From positions 96,001 through 160,000 of the forward strand of contig CAVTCR010000056.1 of NCBI GenBank assembly GCA_963733195.1: a DNA stretch of 64,000 nucleotides, in the 5' to 3' direction. The number at the start of each line of letters is the position of its first letter. Position 1 is the stretch's first letter. Below the pieces are notes generated by a model. That model was not told the DNA's origin, did no database searches, and saw nothing but the letters and a program-made list of their open reading frames with translations. This document shows, one piece after another, positions 32,116 through 42,908 of this stretch. This DNA comes from an uncultured delta proteobacterium. GTDB taxonomy: Bacteria > Desulfobacterota > Binatia > Bin18. The position numbers and the translations under genes are program-made.

Positions 32116-32892
32116 TTACGTGGCTTGTGTCCATACACCCTTATATTGATCCCGCGCTTTGACTCTACGCCAATCTGTGAAAGAGTGATGGACCCCACAC
32201 GCGAGGCACCGAGGCGAAGAGAACGCCTCCATGATCTTTCCGCTCTTTTGATAATACTTTGCTGCCATCCCACCAAATTTACTTTCGAGCGCAACACATT
32301 GTGAGAGATAAGTGGTAAGTAAGGTGATCGCTGCAGAGAGCGCTGGACAGGAGGGGCCTAACCAGCGTTGGCGCTCTTGATTCTCTCTCACAATCTTTGA
32401 GGCTTTGTACAAGCGATCACGTAAGTCCTTTCGTGCCGCCCGCGACCATTTTTTCTTGCACAACAGCCGTAGTGCAGTCACTCTACGCTGTAGCGCTGCG
32501 ATGGGAGGGCCTACGTGAGACAGTGCTCGTGCCAAGAGAGGGGGCACGGAGCAAAAGTAGAGGGTGGCATACACGGCATTCCTCTCAACTTTCTGAAAAG
32601 TCATAGTGAGGCGGGCCATGTGCGGATTCGAACTTGACTGTTCTAGTGGCGGAAGGAGAGATTCAACCTTCCTCCATCGTTCTGCGACCTCGGCCGCACC
32701 ACGGAGAAGAGCAGTTTCGTACTGCTGGTGTGCTGCTTCTGCACTCATCTTTTCTATAGCTTCGTCAGGGCGCTCTAGCCCTTGGCGGGTTGGGTCTTCA
32801 GGCGATGCTTCTAGAAGCTTTTGGAGACTAGGAACGTCTTTGAGTAAGCTCTCGGAGAAAAAAGATGCACTCTGCTCATCACCAGTAGGCAT
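32116..32892 (-). CDS. Hypothetical protein (258 aa)
   Basis: Longest ORF in the interval; no motif recognised. Confidence 0.5.
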   Translation of the reverse strand: MPTGDEQSASFFSESLLKDVPSLQKLLEASPEDPTRQGLERPDEAIEKMSAEAAHQQYETALLRGAAEVAERWRKVESLLPPLEQSSSNPHMARLTMTFQKVERNAVYATLYFCSVPPLLARALSHVGPPIAALQRRVTALRLLCKKKWSRAARKDLRDRLYKASKIVRENQERQRWLGPSCPALSAAITLLTTYLSQCVALESKFGGMAAKYYQKSGKIMEAFSSPRCLACGVHHSFTDWRRVKARDQYKGVWTQAT

Positions 32893-33292
32893 TTGCTTTT
32901 TTCGCGTCCGTGTTCGATGGGGAAGGAAGTTTTGGGGGAGGTGCTCAGTGCTTTCGTGTGCGCCACTACCTGCGCTTCTTCAGGTTGCTCCTGCTTGTAG
33001 AGAAGAGGGAAGGCGAGGCAGGAGAGACACCCGCTATGTCAGCTACGATGATCAGCTGTAGCCTATCCCCTTCAGATCGAGGTCAGTGTATGCCTACGTT
33101 CGCTTCCCGTCTACCTCCGTGTCAATGTCACAACCTGTGCGTTTACGTCTGGGTTGTGTGTCGTGCGTCACGATGCGCGATTTTGCGCAGGGAAGGTGTG
33201 GAAGTATGAAGAATATCACGGGCTGTGGTCACCTGGGATATGTCGTACCGGCTTGAGGAGTGGCCGATCTGATCGTTCTCTCACAAAGTTGG

Positions 33293-34834
33293 TCACGCTT
33301 CTAAGCGGATGCCGGTGCCGAGTTCCTCTCCGGCATACTGCTCGACGAGTCCATTGAGGGCCTGCCCGACTTCATGGAGGCGCTGCGCAGCTTTTTCGAT
33401 TTGTCGCATACCTTCGACGTTCTGCGAAGCCGCCTGTTTGACACTTCCCATTGCTTGGACAACTTGATCCATGCCCACAAGTTGCTCCTGGTTCGACAGC
33501 GCGATATGAGTCACTGACTGTGCTGTTCTAGCGATACTCTGCGAGAGTTCCTTAATCGACTGATGAGCCTCAATAGAGCGAGCGACCCCAGTTTCGATCG
33601 CATGCGTGCCCTGTTCAGTAACTAAAACGGCGGCGTGGGTAGCATGCTGGATTTCTTGGAGGATCTCTTTGACCTGAGCGGTCGCCCGCTTCGATTGCTG
33701 AGCAAGGTTCTTAACTTCGTGGGCCACAATGGCGAAGCCTTTCCCGTGTTCTCCGGCTTTGGCGGCTTCGATAGCAGCGTTCACAGCCAGCAGGTTCGAT
33801 TGCTCTGCCAACTCATTGACGGATTCGACAATCGTGCCGATGGCGTGGCTGTGTTCTCCGAGTGTGATGACGCTTTGAGCAATTGATGTAATTTGCTGAT
33901 TGGCCTGTTGGAGTCCAGAAAGTGCGGCATCAGTTGCGTGCTCGCCAGTTTTGGAAACTGAGGCTGCCTGCTGCGCCTCTGAGGACACCTCCTTCGCCCT
34001 TTGTCCGGCGATATAGGTTGTCTGTTTCACTTCTTCGATAGTCGTGGCAGTCTGGGTGACTGCGGCGGCTGTCTGTGAGGTACTAGCGAGCAGTTGTGCC
34101 AAAGAGCGCATGATTTGACTTGTCGATTCAGTAAGAATTTGCATTCCTGTATGAAGCTGTTCCTCAGCCAGCCTCCGTTCGCTGACCTTTCGCATGAGAT
34201 CTGTATTCAGGAGGTCAGTTTTTCGCTTTTCATCACGTAAAGAAAAGTGTAACTCTGAGGAGAAGATGATCGCCTGATTGAAAGTTTTTGCCGTCCGCAA
34301 GGTGAGGAGGACGAAGAGTCCGGTAAGGAGCGCGAGCCAAGCTGAAGAGGTACTGGATTGCCAAAGTAACACGAGTATGAGGGCAATGGGTGTAGGAATA
34401 ACCGCGAGCCAAATTGCTGGCAAAATCGTTGAGAAGGTCGCGGCCGCCGTTCTGCCGATAATGATGACGATCACGAAAGTGCGGTCGTCGCCTGAAAGGA
34501 ATGGTAAGAACAACAAGGGGACCAGCAGCCACACGAGCCCAATACTGATTGCTGCTCCCATACCCAGTCGATACCAAGACTGAAGATGCGCATCCTGATC
34601 ACTGTCCTGTTGGTAGCGATTTGCCAAGATAAGCCAGGTCGCTGCAGCTGTAAAAGCAAAAGCCAGCCAACTAAAGAAAACCCAGTGCGGGAGGAGGTCC
34701 CAAAGTGCTATTGCCATGAGGAATGCAACAATAATGAGGGAAATGTTCGAGACTTTGGCGTTGGCAAACAACAGTTTCACCTGTTCAGCGAGTACATAGT
34801 TTTCGCTTGAATGGATAGGCGTTGTATTGTTCAC
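33293..34834 (-). CDS. Methyl-accepting chemotaxis protein with a polytopic membrane N-terminus
   Basis: [34 protein letters not shown] hairpin tip; about six hydrophobic N-terminal segments. Confidence 0.92.
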   Translation of the reverse strand: MNNTTPIHSSENYVLAEQVKLLFANAKVSNISLIIVAFLMAIALWDLLPHWVFFSWLAFAFTAAATWLILANRYQQDSDQDAHLQSWYRLGMGAAISIGLVWLLVPLLFLPFLSGDDRTFVIVIIIGRTAAATFSTILPAIWLAVIPTPIALILVLLWQSSTSSAWLALLTGLFVLLTLRTAKTFNQAIIFSSELHFSLRDEKRKTDLLNTDLMRKVSERRLAEEQLHTGMQILTESTSQIMRSLAQLLASTSQTAAAVTQTATTIEEVKQTTYIAGQRAKEVSSEAQQAASVSKTGEHATDAALSGLQQANQQITSIAQSVITLGEHSHAIGTIVESVNELAEQSNLLAVNAAIEAAKAGEHGKGFAIVAHEVKNLAQQSKRATAQVKEILQEIQHATHAAVLVTEQGTHAIETGVARSIEAHQSIKELSQSIARTAQSVTHIALSNQEQLVGMDQVVQAMGSVKQAASQNVEGMRQIEKAAQRLHEVGQALNGLVEQYAGEELGTGIRLEA

Positions 34835-35184
34835 AGCATGAACCTCTTATAAGGAGACCGATGGAGAAAGAGCGGATGCCTCACGCGCCTGTGGTTACCG
34901 AAACTGCATGATCATTCGAGAGTAAATATCCAATATGCGACCCGACAATCACCCCACTGGCTATATAATACAGAAGATCGGGTAATCTGGATGACATCTT
35001 TACGTTTCCAGTCAAGATCACTTCACGTGATATTTTATCCTCTACAGAGTCGGTACAGCTATTCTCGGGTCGGGACGATTGGGTCACACATAGGGTATGC
35101 TTTCGTATGCAACTCTACCCGGCGCAAAGAAGTCCGACAGAACGATCAGATCAAGCCTAGCGAATTTCCTACTCCCCAGGTTAT

Positions 35185-35211
35185 CTATCGGCGCATCCCT
35201 ATAGAGATTTA
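35185..35211 (-). promoter_or_regulatory. sigma28 (FliA-type) promoter upstream of the MCP
   Basis: TAAA-N15-GCCGATAG on the minus strand. Confidence 0.75.
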
Positions 35212-35371
35212 GTAGAGCTGAGGAAGAGAACAGAGTGCAGATGATGGCAACAAAGCGAGCGACCAACGAAAAATTTCTTAATGAAAGAGTTGGCGACCTG
35301 TTCGAGGTAGCAAGTGCTCCGAGGAAAACTGAAACGGGTAATCCATTGGCTACTGGCGAGTGAAACCGACT

Positions 35372-37477
35372 CTAAGCCGCAGCATGTAGCCGAAAGTCAG
35401 TTAACTGGGCCCGTAAGCGTGTAAGCTGCTCTTCGAGGTCGGTCAGCAGCAGGGGAGCAAGAGAGAGGTCTCCATGACGGCCCGTGAGTTCAAGACGGGA
35501 CGTGGTGTCGATGGCTGCGATGGCAGCGAAATTACCTAATGCGCCCTTTAATGCATTCGCACTATACGCTAATGCTTGACCATCTTGTCGTGTAATCGCC
35601 TCGTGCATCTGTCTGAGTGCCTTTGGATACTCTTCAAAAAAAAGCACAGTCATTTCATCGAACAACTCAGTATCGCCTTCAATACGAGCCAAGGCTTCGT
35701 GCAGATTTACCTCCATAGCCTCTTTATTTTTTGTCGGTGATATTGCAAGAGATAGTTGCTGTCCCCCTTTAGAAAGACTGCACCCGTCAATCGTTATCTT
35801 GAGACTTTCTGAGAGCAACGGTTTGCTCACAACGGCATCCATGCCTGCTGCAAGGCACTGAGCACGTCCGTCATCGCTCTGTGATTGGAGCACTCCGATC
35901 AACGGAGTATACACCCCTTCTTGCTGGTCGTGCTGACGAATCTGAATTGCGGCGGCGATTCCATCAATCCCGGGCATTTGTGTGGGGAGCAGCACGGCGG
36001 CATAGGGAAGGCGAGCATTCGCCTCTATGGCTTCACGCGCAGTTATGGCAACGTCAGCACGGTATCCTAATTCTTCAACGAGATGCACGGCATGTTTTTG
36101 GTCAGGGAGGTTACTATCAACAATCAGGATACGCGCCCGCCCACGCGTTCGTGCTTCTGCCAATGTATAGCGGGTGACTAGTGGTAAGTCGGGAGCGAGG
36201 GGCTGCGGTGGTTGTCCAAGAACTGAGGTCAGACACTCGAAAAGGAGAGGCGAGGAGACTGGGTACGTTAGGTATGCATCAAAACCGGCTTGACGGATCT
36301 GGCGTGCATCGCCTTTTTTCCCGCTTGTGGAGATGAAGACGAGACGCAGCGTCGCGAGCGCCTCGGTCGCACGAACACGCGCAGCAAGTTCCAGCGCGTC
36401 GGCCTCAAGTTCCTGACAGTGTATAAGAACGATATCGTAGGCTTGGTTTTCCTGGACGGCTGTTGTCAGTATCGACCAGGCTTGAGGGTAACGAAAGACG
36501 GAGCGGCTTGTCAGTCCCCATATGAAGGTATCTTCATCTGAGAGAGAGAAATCGCTGCTGACAAGGAGTAAACGGACTCCCGAGAGACTCGTACGGGGAG
36601 GCGAATCAGAAAACACCTTAGAAGGTTGCTTCTCTAGCATCAATGTGAACCAAATCGTTGTGCCGACATCTGGTGTTCTCTCGACTTCCAATTGTCCGCC
36701 GAAGGTTTTGACTAACTGTTTGCTGATCGCAATGCCATCCGCATGTTGGTCGTAGGGGGAGGAATATCCCCTATTTTCTGTCGTCGGCAGCTCCTGAGGA
36801 GATACTCCAGCGGGAAGAGTCGTCGAATTCAGGGTAGAGACAGAGAAGCGAAAAGTAGCATGGGTTGACGTTTGCTGCACGAGCATGCCACGTATCGTAA
36901 TCTCACCATGAGTGATAGTCGACATCGCATAGTCGATGAGATTTATTAAGATAAGTCGGATATCACCGGGATCGCCACGAAACGGCGTCGGACTGTCGGC
37001 AGAAAAGAGGCAGGAAAGTTCAATCTTTCTTTCCTTCGCGATGGTCGTGAAACGAGAAACGGTCTCTTCGACGGTTGTGCGCAAATTGAAATCGATTGGT
37101 TGAGAGGCAGCTAAATCAAAGGTGTAGAAATCTGCGAGCCGACGTTCAGGGGCAGTAGGAAGTGGAGGCTGTATGGAAGGCTCGTGGGGCGCGGTGACCT
37201 GGCGCTGCTGGATTGTCGGGCGTGGTGACGCAGGAGTACTGCGTGTGAATATTTCTTTTTGCCGAGAGCTGCGTTGAAACCTCAAAGCAAATCGAAAGCT
37301 TCCAATGAAGAGAGCTGAAAGAAGGGCGAGGCTGGGGAGGAGTGCTATATCGGTAACGTAAAGGCCCACAGTAACTATGAGAATCAGGAGAAAAAGCGAA
37401 AGTATCATAAGCAAAGACCGGGATGTTGGGACAGGTATGGGGGATTGTTCGACGGGAAATCTTTCTTTACTGGGCAT
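35372..37477 (-). CDS. Degenerate hybrid histidine kinase-like protein (TM-HATPase-like-REC-REC-Hpt-like)
   Basis: GDPGDIRLILINL, FGGQLEV..GTTIWF, two receiver-like domains and an Hpt-like tail; the canonical phospho-residues are absent. Confidence 0.8.
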   Translation of the reverse strand: MPSKERFPVEQSPIPVPTSRSLLMILSLFLLILIVTVGLYVTDIALLPSLALLSALFIGSFRFALRFQRSSRQKEIFTRSTPASPRPTIQQRQVTAPHEPSIQPPLPTAPERRLADFYTFDLAASQPIDFNLRTTVEETVSRFTTIAKERKIELSCLFSADSPTPFRGDPGDIRLILINLIDYAMSTITHGEITIRGMLVQQTSTHATFRFSVSTLNSTTLPAGVSPQELPTTENRGYSSPYDQHADGIAISKQLVKTFGGQLEVERTPDVGTTIWFTLMLEKQPSKVFSDSPPRTSLSGVRLLLVSSDFSLSDEDTFIWGLTSRSVFRYPQAWSILTTAVQENQAYDIVLIHCQELEADALELAARVRATEALATLRLVFISTSGKKGDARQIRQAGFDAYLTYPVSSPLLFECLTSVLGQPPQPLAPDLPLVTRYTLAEARTRGRARILIVDSNLPDQKHAVHLVEELGYRADVAITAREAIEANARLPYAAVLLPTQMPGIDGIAAAIQIRQHDQQEGVYTPLIGVLQSQSDDGRAQCLAAGMDAVVSKPLLSESLKITIDGCSLSKGGQQLSLAISPTKNKEAMEVNLHEALARIEGDTELFDEMTVLFFEEYPKALRQMHEAITRQDGQALAYSANALKGALGNFAAIAAIDTTSRLELTGRHGDLSLAPLLLTDLEEQLTRLRAQLTDFRLHAAA

Positions 37478-37520
37478 GGTTGAGAAACCTCTTATTAGCA
37501 TAAACGGAGGTTTGTGATCC

Positions 37521-39155
37521 TTATGCTGCTGCCTCCATTTTGAGCGTAGTGAGAAGTGGCGCGAGGCGTGCAAGTTCTGCCTCGAGTTCGGCGAGGGCGG
37601 TTTTTGCTTGTGTGAGGTTCCCTTGACGCCCAATTTTTTCCAACTTCAATGCAGCTTCGAATACGCTCGAGGCAGCAAAATTTGCGACTGACCCTTTCAG
37701 GGTGTGTACGGCGTAGGTGAGAGTTTGGGCGTTCCCGTGCGAAAGCGCGTCTTGCATCGTGACCAACAGGAGAGGGTATTCATCAAGGAATACACCGGCC
37801 ATCTCGCTCAATAACTCGCGATCACCATCAACACGATTGAGGGCTTCGTCGAGGTTCAACATGTGCTGAGATGAAGCGCTCCCAAGCTGCAGAGGCAGTG
37901 GGATCAAGGATCCTTGCGCTGACATTGCAGGAAAAGGTACCACTTTCGTCTGTTGCTCTTCTTTTTTTGAAGGGTCTTTTGCGATGGCAAATTGGGATGG
38001 GGCTGCAAAGGACTCAGATTGTTCGAGCAGAGAAGCCGAGGAGGAATACGCTAGAGAGTCATTACTCGCCACATCCGCAAATTGAAACTGAATAGCCGGA
38101 GAGGCAACACCTTGCAGTTCTGGTGTGGTCAGAGATGGCGACATAGAGATACTGACTGCAGATGGCGTAGATGAGGGTATGTCCTGAAATGCTGGAGAGG
38201 TCGGGACGTGATTCTCCAGGTTCTCTGTAGAGAAGGGCACAGAGGACGTGGAGGTCGTCTGCGAGAGTGGTGAGTATCCTGCCGGATAGTGCGTCGTAGC
38301 ATTATTTTCTGATTGAGGGGTCGATTGCATCCACGGAAGCACCGCCGTGTCCGTCGTTCCTGGCATGGTCCCTGGAATCGTGCTGGTTTCCAATCGTGAG
38401 GGAGTGGTCTGCGTGGCGATTCCCATTTTTTTCAGCGCTGCCCGCTTGGTCGTATCGCGGTAGACGCCTTGAAACCCAATGGGTACTCCATTTTTGTCGG
38501 TAATGGCACGCGTACGTGCTTCAATGGGTATCGCCGTGCCATTATGATGGAGTAGTTCGAATTCAAAGAGTGAAGGCATCTTTTCGCCGCCTTGAAAGCG
38601 GCGAATACGATCTTCGATGAGCGCGAGGGAAGAGATAGGAAGTATCGTACTATAGTGCTTACCGACGATCTCTTCTCGAATCTTTCCAAGCATAAGTTCG
38701 AATCCACGATTGACGCTGGTCAACGTCCCATCCAGAGAAATTGTAGCGATTCCATCGTTCGTATTTTCTACAAGCGTACGGTAAAATTCTTCGCTTGCCC
38801 GCAACGTTTCTTCGATCCGTCGTTGCTTGGCGAGTTCGGCTTTGAGCTCCATTACTACTTGTGTGAGCTTGGTCGCGCTCGCCTCGCCTTGTGCATTTGG
38901 GCGAACGGATGTGGAGAGTCGTTTTGCTCGCGCAATTATTTGTCCGAGAAAAAGGATGAGAAGTGGAATACTATCGATAAACCAGTGCAACGGTTGTGTC
39001 GTTTGTACTGCAAGGATGCTCGAGAATGAGAACGGCAGCCCATGCCGCAGGAGGTCAAGAACTGTTGCACCAATCGGTAAGCAACACCCGATTATCAGTA
39101 ACAGTGCGGTAGATTGATCGGCTGAAAACTTTGCCCGAATGGAAGATTTGTCCAT
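37521..39155 (-). CDS. Membrane PAS-Hpt phosphotransfer protein
   Basis: Two TM segments, PAS (SEEFYRTLVE...YRDTT), S/T/P-rich linker, Hpt AVHTLKGS. Confidence 0.82.
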   Translation of the reverse strand: MDKSSIRAKFSADQSTALLLIIGCCLPIGATVLDLLRHGLPFSFSSILAVQTTQPLHWFIDSIPLLILFLGQIIARAKRLSTSVRPNAQGEASATKLTQVVMELKAELAKQRRIEETLRASEEFYRTLVENTNDGIATISLDGTLTSVNRGFELMLGKIREEIVGKHYSTILPISSLALIEDRIRRFQGGEKMPSLFEFELLHHNGTAIPIEARTRAITDKNGVPIGFQGVYRDTTKRAALKKMGIATQTTPSRLETSTIPGTMPGTTDTAVLPWMQSTPQSENNATTHYPAGYSPLSQTTSTSSVPFSTENLENHVPTSPAFQDIPSSTPSAVSISMSPSLTTPELQGVASPAIQFQFADVASNDSLAYSSSASLLEQSESFAAPSQFAIAKDPSKKEEQQTKVVPFPAMSAQGSLIPLPLQLGSASSQHMLNLDEALNRVDGDRELLSEMAGVFLDEYPLLLVTMQDALSHGNAQTLTYAVHTLKGSVANFAASSVFEAALKLEKIGRQGNLTQAKTALAELEAELARLAPLLTTLKMEAAA

Positions 39156-39210
39156 GAGAGCCTCGATATCTAGTGAAAGGGATACATCTGCTCACCGTCA
39201 TTCACGAAAA

Positions 39211-39237
39211 CTATCGGGAAATCGGGAAAAACATTTA
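39211..39237 (-). promoter_or_regulatory. sigma28-type promoter upstream of the PAS-Hpt gene
   Basis: TAAA-N15-CCCGATAG. Confidence 0.7.
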
Positions 39238-39337
39238 CCCGAAAAAACCAGGTCGACGAAGCGGACCGAAGATCCTGGCATTGTATCTATTCCGACGACC
39301 TTCATGCTGCGTCTTAAGTAACAAGCAGTTCGACTGT

Positions 39338-42300
39338 TTACGCGAGTACCTCAGTCGTCAGTTTGCCCAAGGCGGGTGTCAGTCGCGAGAGTGCGGCTTC
39401 CAAATGGACAAGCGCATCAGAGGCCTGAGTTAAATCGCCATAGCGACCTATGCGTTCAAGGGTAAATGCTGCTTCAAATGCGTCACTGGCAGCGAAATTA
39501 CCAACTGATCCCTTCAGGGTGTGGGCTGCATATGATAGGGAGGACGAGTCTTTCTTGCTAATCGCCTCCTGGATTTGTGCTAAGAAACGAGGGTATTCTT
39601 CGAGAAACAGGGCTGCCATCTCGCCGAGCAGTTCTTTGTCTCCGTCAACTCTGGCTAACGCCTCCTGCGCATCAAATGCCTCTTTTACCTTTACTGGAAC
39701 GAGAGTTGTGACCGGAGGTGGACTTTCTAAACGAGGTGCCGATGCTTTTTGCAACCACCGGTCTAACGCAGCCTTAAGTTCTTCAGACCGGACGGGTTTC
39801 GATACATAGTCATCCATGCCTGCCGCGAGACAGCGCTCTCGATCCCCCTTCATGGCATGGGCGGTGACGGCGATGACTGGGGTATGGATTCCGTCTTGCA
39901 CATCACGCTTGCGGATCTCAGCAGTTGCTTCAAAGCCGTCCATTTCCGGCATTTGACAGTCCATCAATACGATGCTGTAGCCGAGTTGAGACATGGCTTC
40001 GACTGCCTCGATCCCGTTGGCGGCAACGTCGGCCTGATGACCGAGTTTTTCTAGCAGGCGAACGATGAGTTTCTGGTTGACCGGGTTATCCTCAGCGACC
40101 AAAAGCCGCGGTGTTTTAGGAACCGAGGGGGGTGTCGCAACGACATCTACAGGTACTTGTACGGGGTCTACTGAATTGGGCCGGATACCTTCTTGATCCT
40201 GTACATTCACTACAGGTACTAGAGAGGGGCGGAGCGCGACCTCTGACGAAGGGGAAACCAGCACGGTGGGTGGCCGTTTTTCTGCGGGCTTCTGTGGCAA
40301 AGCAGGAGCCTTAACCACTGAGACCTCTTGTGTGCGAGGAAGAAATCGATTGAGGGAGACCTTCAAATCATCAGACTTTACGGGTTTCGTGATGTAGTCG
40401 TCCATGCCTGCGGCGAGACAACGCTCTCGGTCTCCCTTCATCGCATGGGCAGTGACGGCGATGACAGGTGTATGCTGCCCTTTCTCGCTATCACGTTTGC
40501 GAATCACGGCAGTTGCTTCAAACCCATCCATTTCTGGCATTTGACAGTCCATTAAGACCGCTGCGTAAGAGACCCGAGAGAGCGCATCGATGGCTTCCAA
40601 TCCATTCGCCGCAACATCGGCACGGTAGTCCATTTTCTCAAGAAGCCGAGCGATCAGCTTTTGATTTACCGGATTGTCTTCAGCGACCAGAATTCGCGGT
40701 CGCGTTTGATGCTGTGCCTCCGCGAGGGTATGCCGCGTCACCAATACGGGCCGAGCAACTTCTTGCGGCTTTGCCGGTTGTCCCAGCACGGTGCGTAGAC
40801 ACTCGTAGAGTTGTGATTGCCGCACCGGTTTTGTGAGGTACGCATCAATACCAACATCTCGTGCTCGTTCGCCATCGCCGCGCCGACCGACTGAGGTTAA
40901 GAGCACTAACCGTGTGGCGGCTAGTGCAGGATTGTTGTTAATCTCTTTAGCGAGAGAAATCCCGTCCATCTCCGGCATCTGAAAATCAAGAATAGCAAGA
41001 TCATACGCACGGTCTTCTTCAGCGGCAGTCGCGAGCATTTCGAGTGCCTGGTGTGCGTCCTTAGCGGTGTGAGGTTTCATACCCCACGATGTCAGTTGAT
41101 GGCGTAGGATCGTCCGATTGGTCTGATTATCGTCGACAATCAGTGCACGCAGGCCATTGAGGTTGGCACGAAGCGGACTCGTTGGGAGCGTATCATGGGC
41201 TTGCTTCTCGAAGGGGATCGTAAACCAGAAAGTACTTCCTTTGCTTAAGTCACTCTCAACGCCAATCTCTCCTCCCATAAGTTCCGTGAGTTTTTTGCTG
41301 ATGGCCAAACCGATGCCTGTACCGCCGTACTTGCGCGTCGATGACGCGTCAACCTGAGAGAACGTTTGGAACAACCGATCCATACGCTCCGGTGGAATGC
41401 CGATCCCGGTATCAGAGATCGCAAACTTGACGATAGCATGCGTAGCGGTCTGACTGATGAGCATGACACGGAGGACAATTTCACCGTGTTCAGTGAACTT
41501 CAGGGCATTGCCGACCAAGTTATTCAAGACTTGACGAATACGTCCAGGGTCGCCTCGCAGGGCGGAGGGGACATCGTGATAAATGAGACACGCAAGTTCC
41601 AGCTTTTTATCGTCAGCCTGTGTGGCAAACAGGTCGACGACTTCTTCAACTGTAGGATGCAAGTCAAAGTCGATCACCTCGAGGTCGAGTTTGCCCCCTT
41701 CGATTTTCGAGAAATCGAGAATCTCGTTGATAATACTTAACAAGGATTCTGCGCAGCCTTTGACGGTTTCGGCATGCTCGCGTTGCTCCGGCATGAGTTT
41801 GGAGTCGAGCAACAGTCCGGTCATGCCCAAGATGCCGTTCATCGGCGTACGAATTTCGTGGCTCATGTTGGCGAGGAAATCGGACTTCGCCTGATCGGCA
41901 GCTTCGGCAGCTTCTTTTGCTTTTTGCAAGGTTTCTTCTGCTCGCTTGCGCTCAGTGATGTCACGCAAGGAGGCAATGACGGCAGTCTCTCCTTCCCAGG
42001 AGGTTTCCACGCCGCGCATTTCTGCAACGAGAATGTCACCGTTCTTCCGTGGGATGACAACCTCGGAAGTTTTACCGATCGAGATGGGGAATGCCAACGG
42101 TGTATTGAGAATAGCTTCTGCTGGTCGTTCCAGCAAAGCCTCAGCGGCTGGGTTAATGAAATGTACGATGCTATCTTGATCGACCACAATGATGGCGTCA
42201 GCGTTGTGCTCAAGTAACCGGCGATGATTCGCTTCCGAGATCGCGAGTTTCCGTGTCCGTTCCCTGACGCGTTGCTCAAGCTGTTCGTTGAGCTTCTTTA

Positions 42301-42859
42301 ACTCGAGTTGACTCTTGACTTGTTCGCGATTCGCGCGCTCAAGCTCGAGGTTCTTCTGGATCGCATTATCAAACGTAGACAAGAGGAGATCTATAATCTG
42401 CATGGGATCAGAGGCAAAACGGTACTTCTGTCCAGAGAAGAAGATCTCGATGCTCCCGTCTGTAGGAGGAGTCTTGCGGAGTTGTTGGTTGGCTAAGATG
42501 TACTGAAGACGGGAGAGGAGGAACTGCTCGTTGCACGGTTTGGTGATGAAGTTGTCAGCTCGATTCTCCAGGGCCTTAATCACATCGCGAGAATCGTTGA
42601 GTGTAGTGAGGAGAATAATTGGAATGTCTGCAATTGCCGGCTCCTCTTTGATCCGGCGGCAAAGTTCGTATCCATCCATTTCCGGCATGACGATGTCACT
42701 GATGACGATCGTGGGCCGATGTTCATGAATGGCAACTAACGCCTCGACGCCGTTTCGGGCAAAGGAGACGCGATAATCATGCTGCTCTAAGATGTGCCGT
42801 AACTGCACAGCTTGTGTTGGGCTGTCTTCAACGATCAGAATTTCAACATCGTTGCTCAT
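39338..42859 (-). CDS. Hybrid sensor kinase REC-PAS-HisKA-HATPase-REC-REC-REC-Hpt
   Basis: [37 protein letters not shown], four receiver domains, AAHTLKGS. Confidence 0.93.
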   Translation of the reverse strand: MSNDVEILIVEDSPTQAVQLRHILEQHDYRVSFARNGVEALVAIHEHRPTIVISDIVMPEMDGYELCRRIKEEPAIADIPIILLTTLNDSRDVIKALENRADNFITKPCNEQFLLSRLQYILANQQLRKTPPTDGSIEIFFSGQKYRFASDPMQIIDLLLSTFDNAIQKNLELERANREQVKSQLELKKLNEQLEQRVRERTRKLAISEANHRRLLEHNADAIIVVDQDSIVHFINPAAEALLERPAEAILNTPLAFPISIGKTSEVVIPRKNGDILVAEMRGVETSWEGETAVIASLRDITERKRAEETLQKAKEAAEAADQAKSDFLANMSHEIRTPMNGILGMTGLLLDSKLMPEQREHAETVKGCAESLLSIINEILDFSKIEGGKLDLEVIDFDLHPTVEEVVDLFATQADDKKLELACLIYHDVPSALRGDPGRIRQVLNNLVGNALKFTEHGEIVLRVMLISQTATHAIVKFAISDTGIGIPPERMDRLFQTFSQVDASSTRKYGGTGIGLAISKKLTELMGGEIGVESDLSKGSTFWFTIPFEKQAHDTLPTSPLRANLNGLRALIVDDNQTNRTILRHQLTSWGMKPHTAKDAHQALEMLATAAEEDRAYDLAILDFQMPEMDGISLAKEINNNPALAATRLVLLTSVGRRGDGERARDVGIDAYLTKPVRQSQLYECLRTVLGQPAKPQEVARPVLVTRHTLAEAQHQTRPRILVAEDNPVNQKLIARLLEKMDYRADVAANGLEAIDALSRVSYAAVLMDCQMPEMDGFEATAVIRKRDSEKGQHTPVIAVTAHAMKGDRERCLAAGMDDYITKPVKSDDLKVSLNRFLPRTQEVSVVKAPALPQKPAEKRPPTVLVSPSSEVALRPSLVPVVNVQDQEGIRPNSVDPVQVPVDVVATPPSVPKTPRLLVAEDNPVNQKLIVRLLEKLGHQADVAANGIEAVEAMSQLGYSIVLMDCQMPEMDGFEATAEIRKRDVQDGIHTPVIAVTAHAMKGDRERCLAAGMDDYVSKPVRSEELKAALDRWLQKASAPRLESPPPVTTLVPVKVKEAFDAQEALARVDGDKELLGEMAALFLEEYPRFLAQIQEAISKKDSSSLSYAAHTLKGSVGNFAASDAFEAAFTLERIGRYGDLTQASDALVHLEAALSRLTPALGKLTTEVLA

Positions 42860-42908
42860 GGCAGTTCCTTCACTCTTCCTTCGCACGCTCCGTTCTACCA
42901 GCGGGCTA

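Noticed and set aside
35080-35145. c-di-GMP-I riboswitch-like words (GGTCAC...CGCAAAG)
   Set aside because: Wrong strand for the MCP, and the GGCAAAC/GAAA core is missing.
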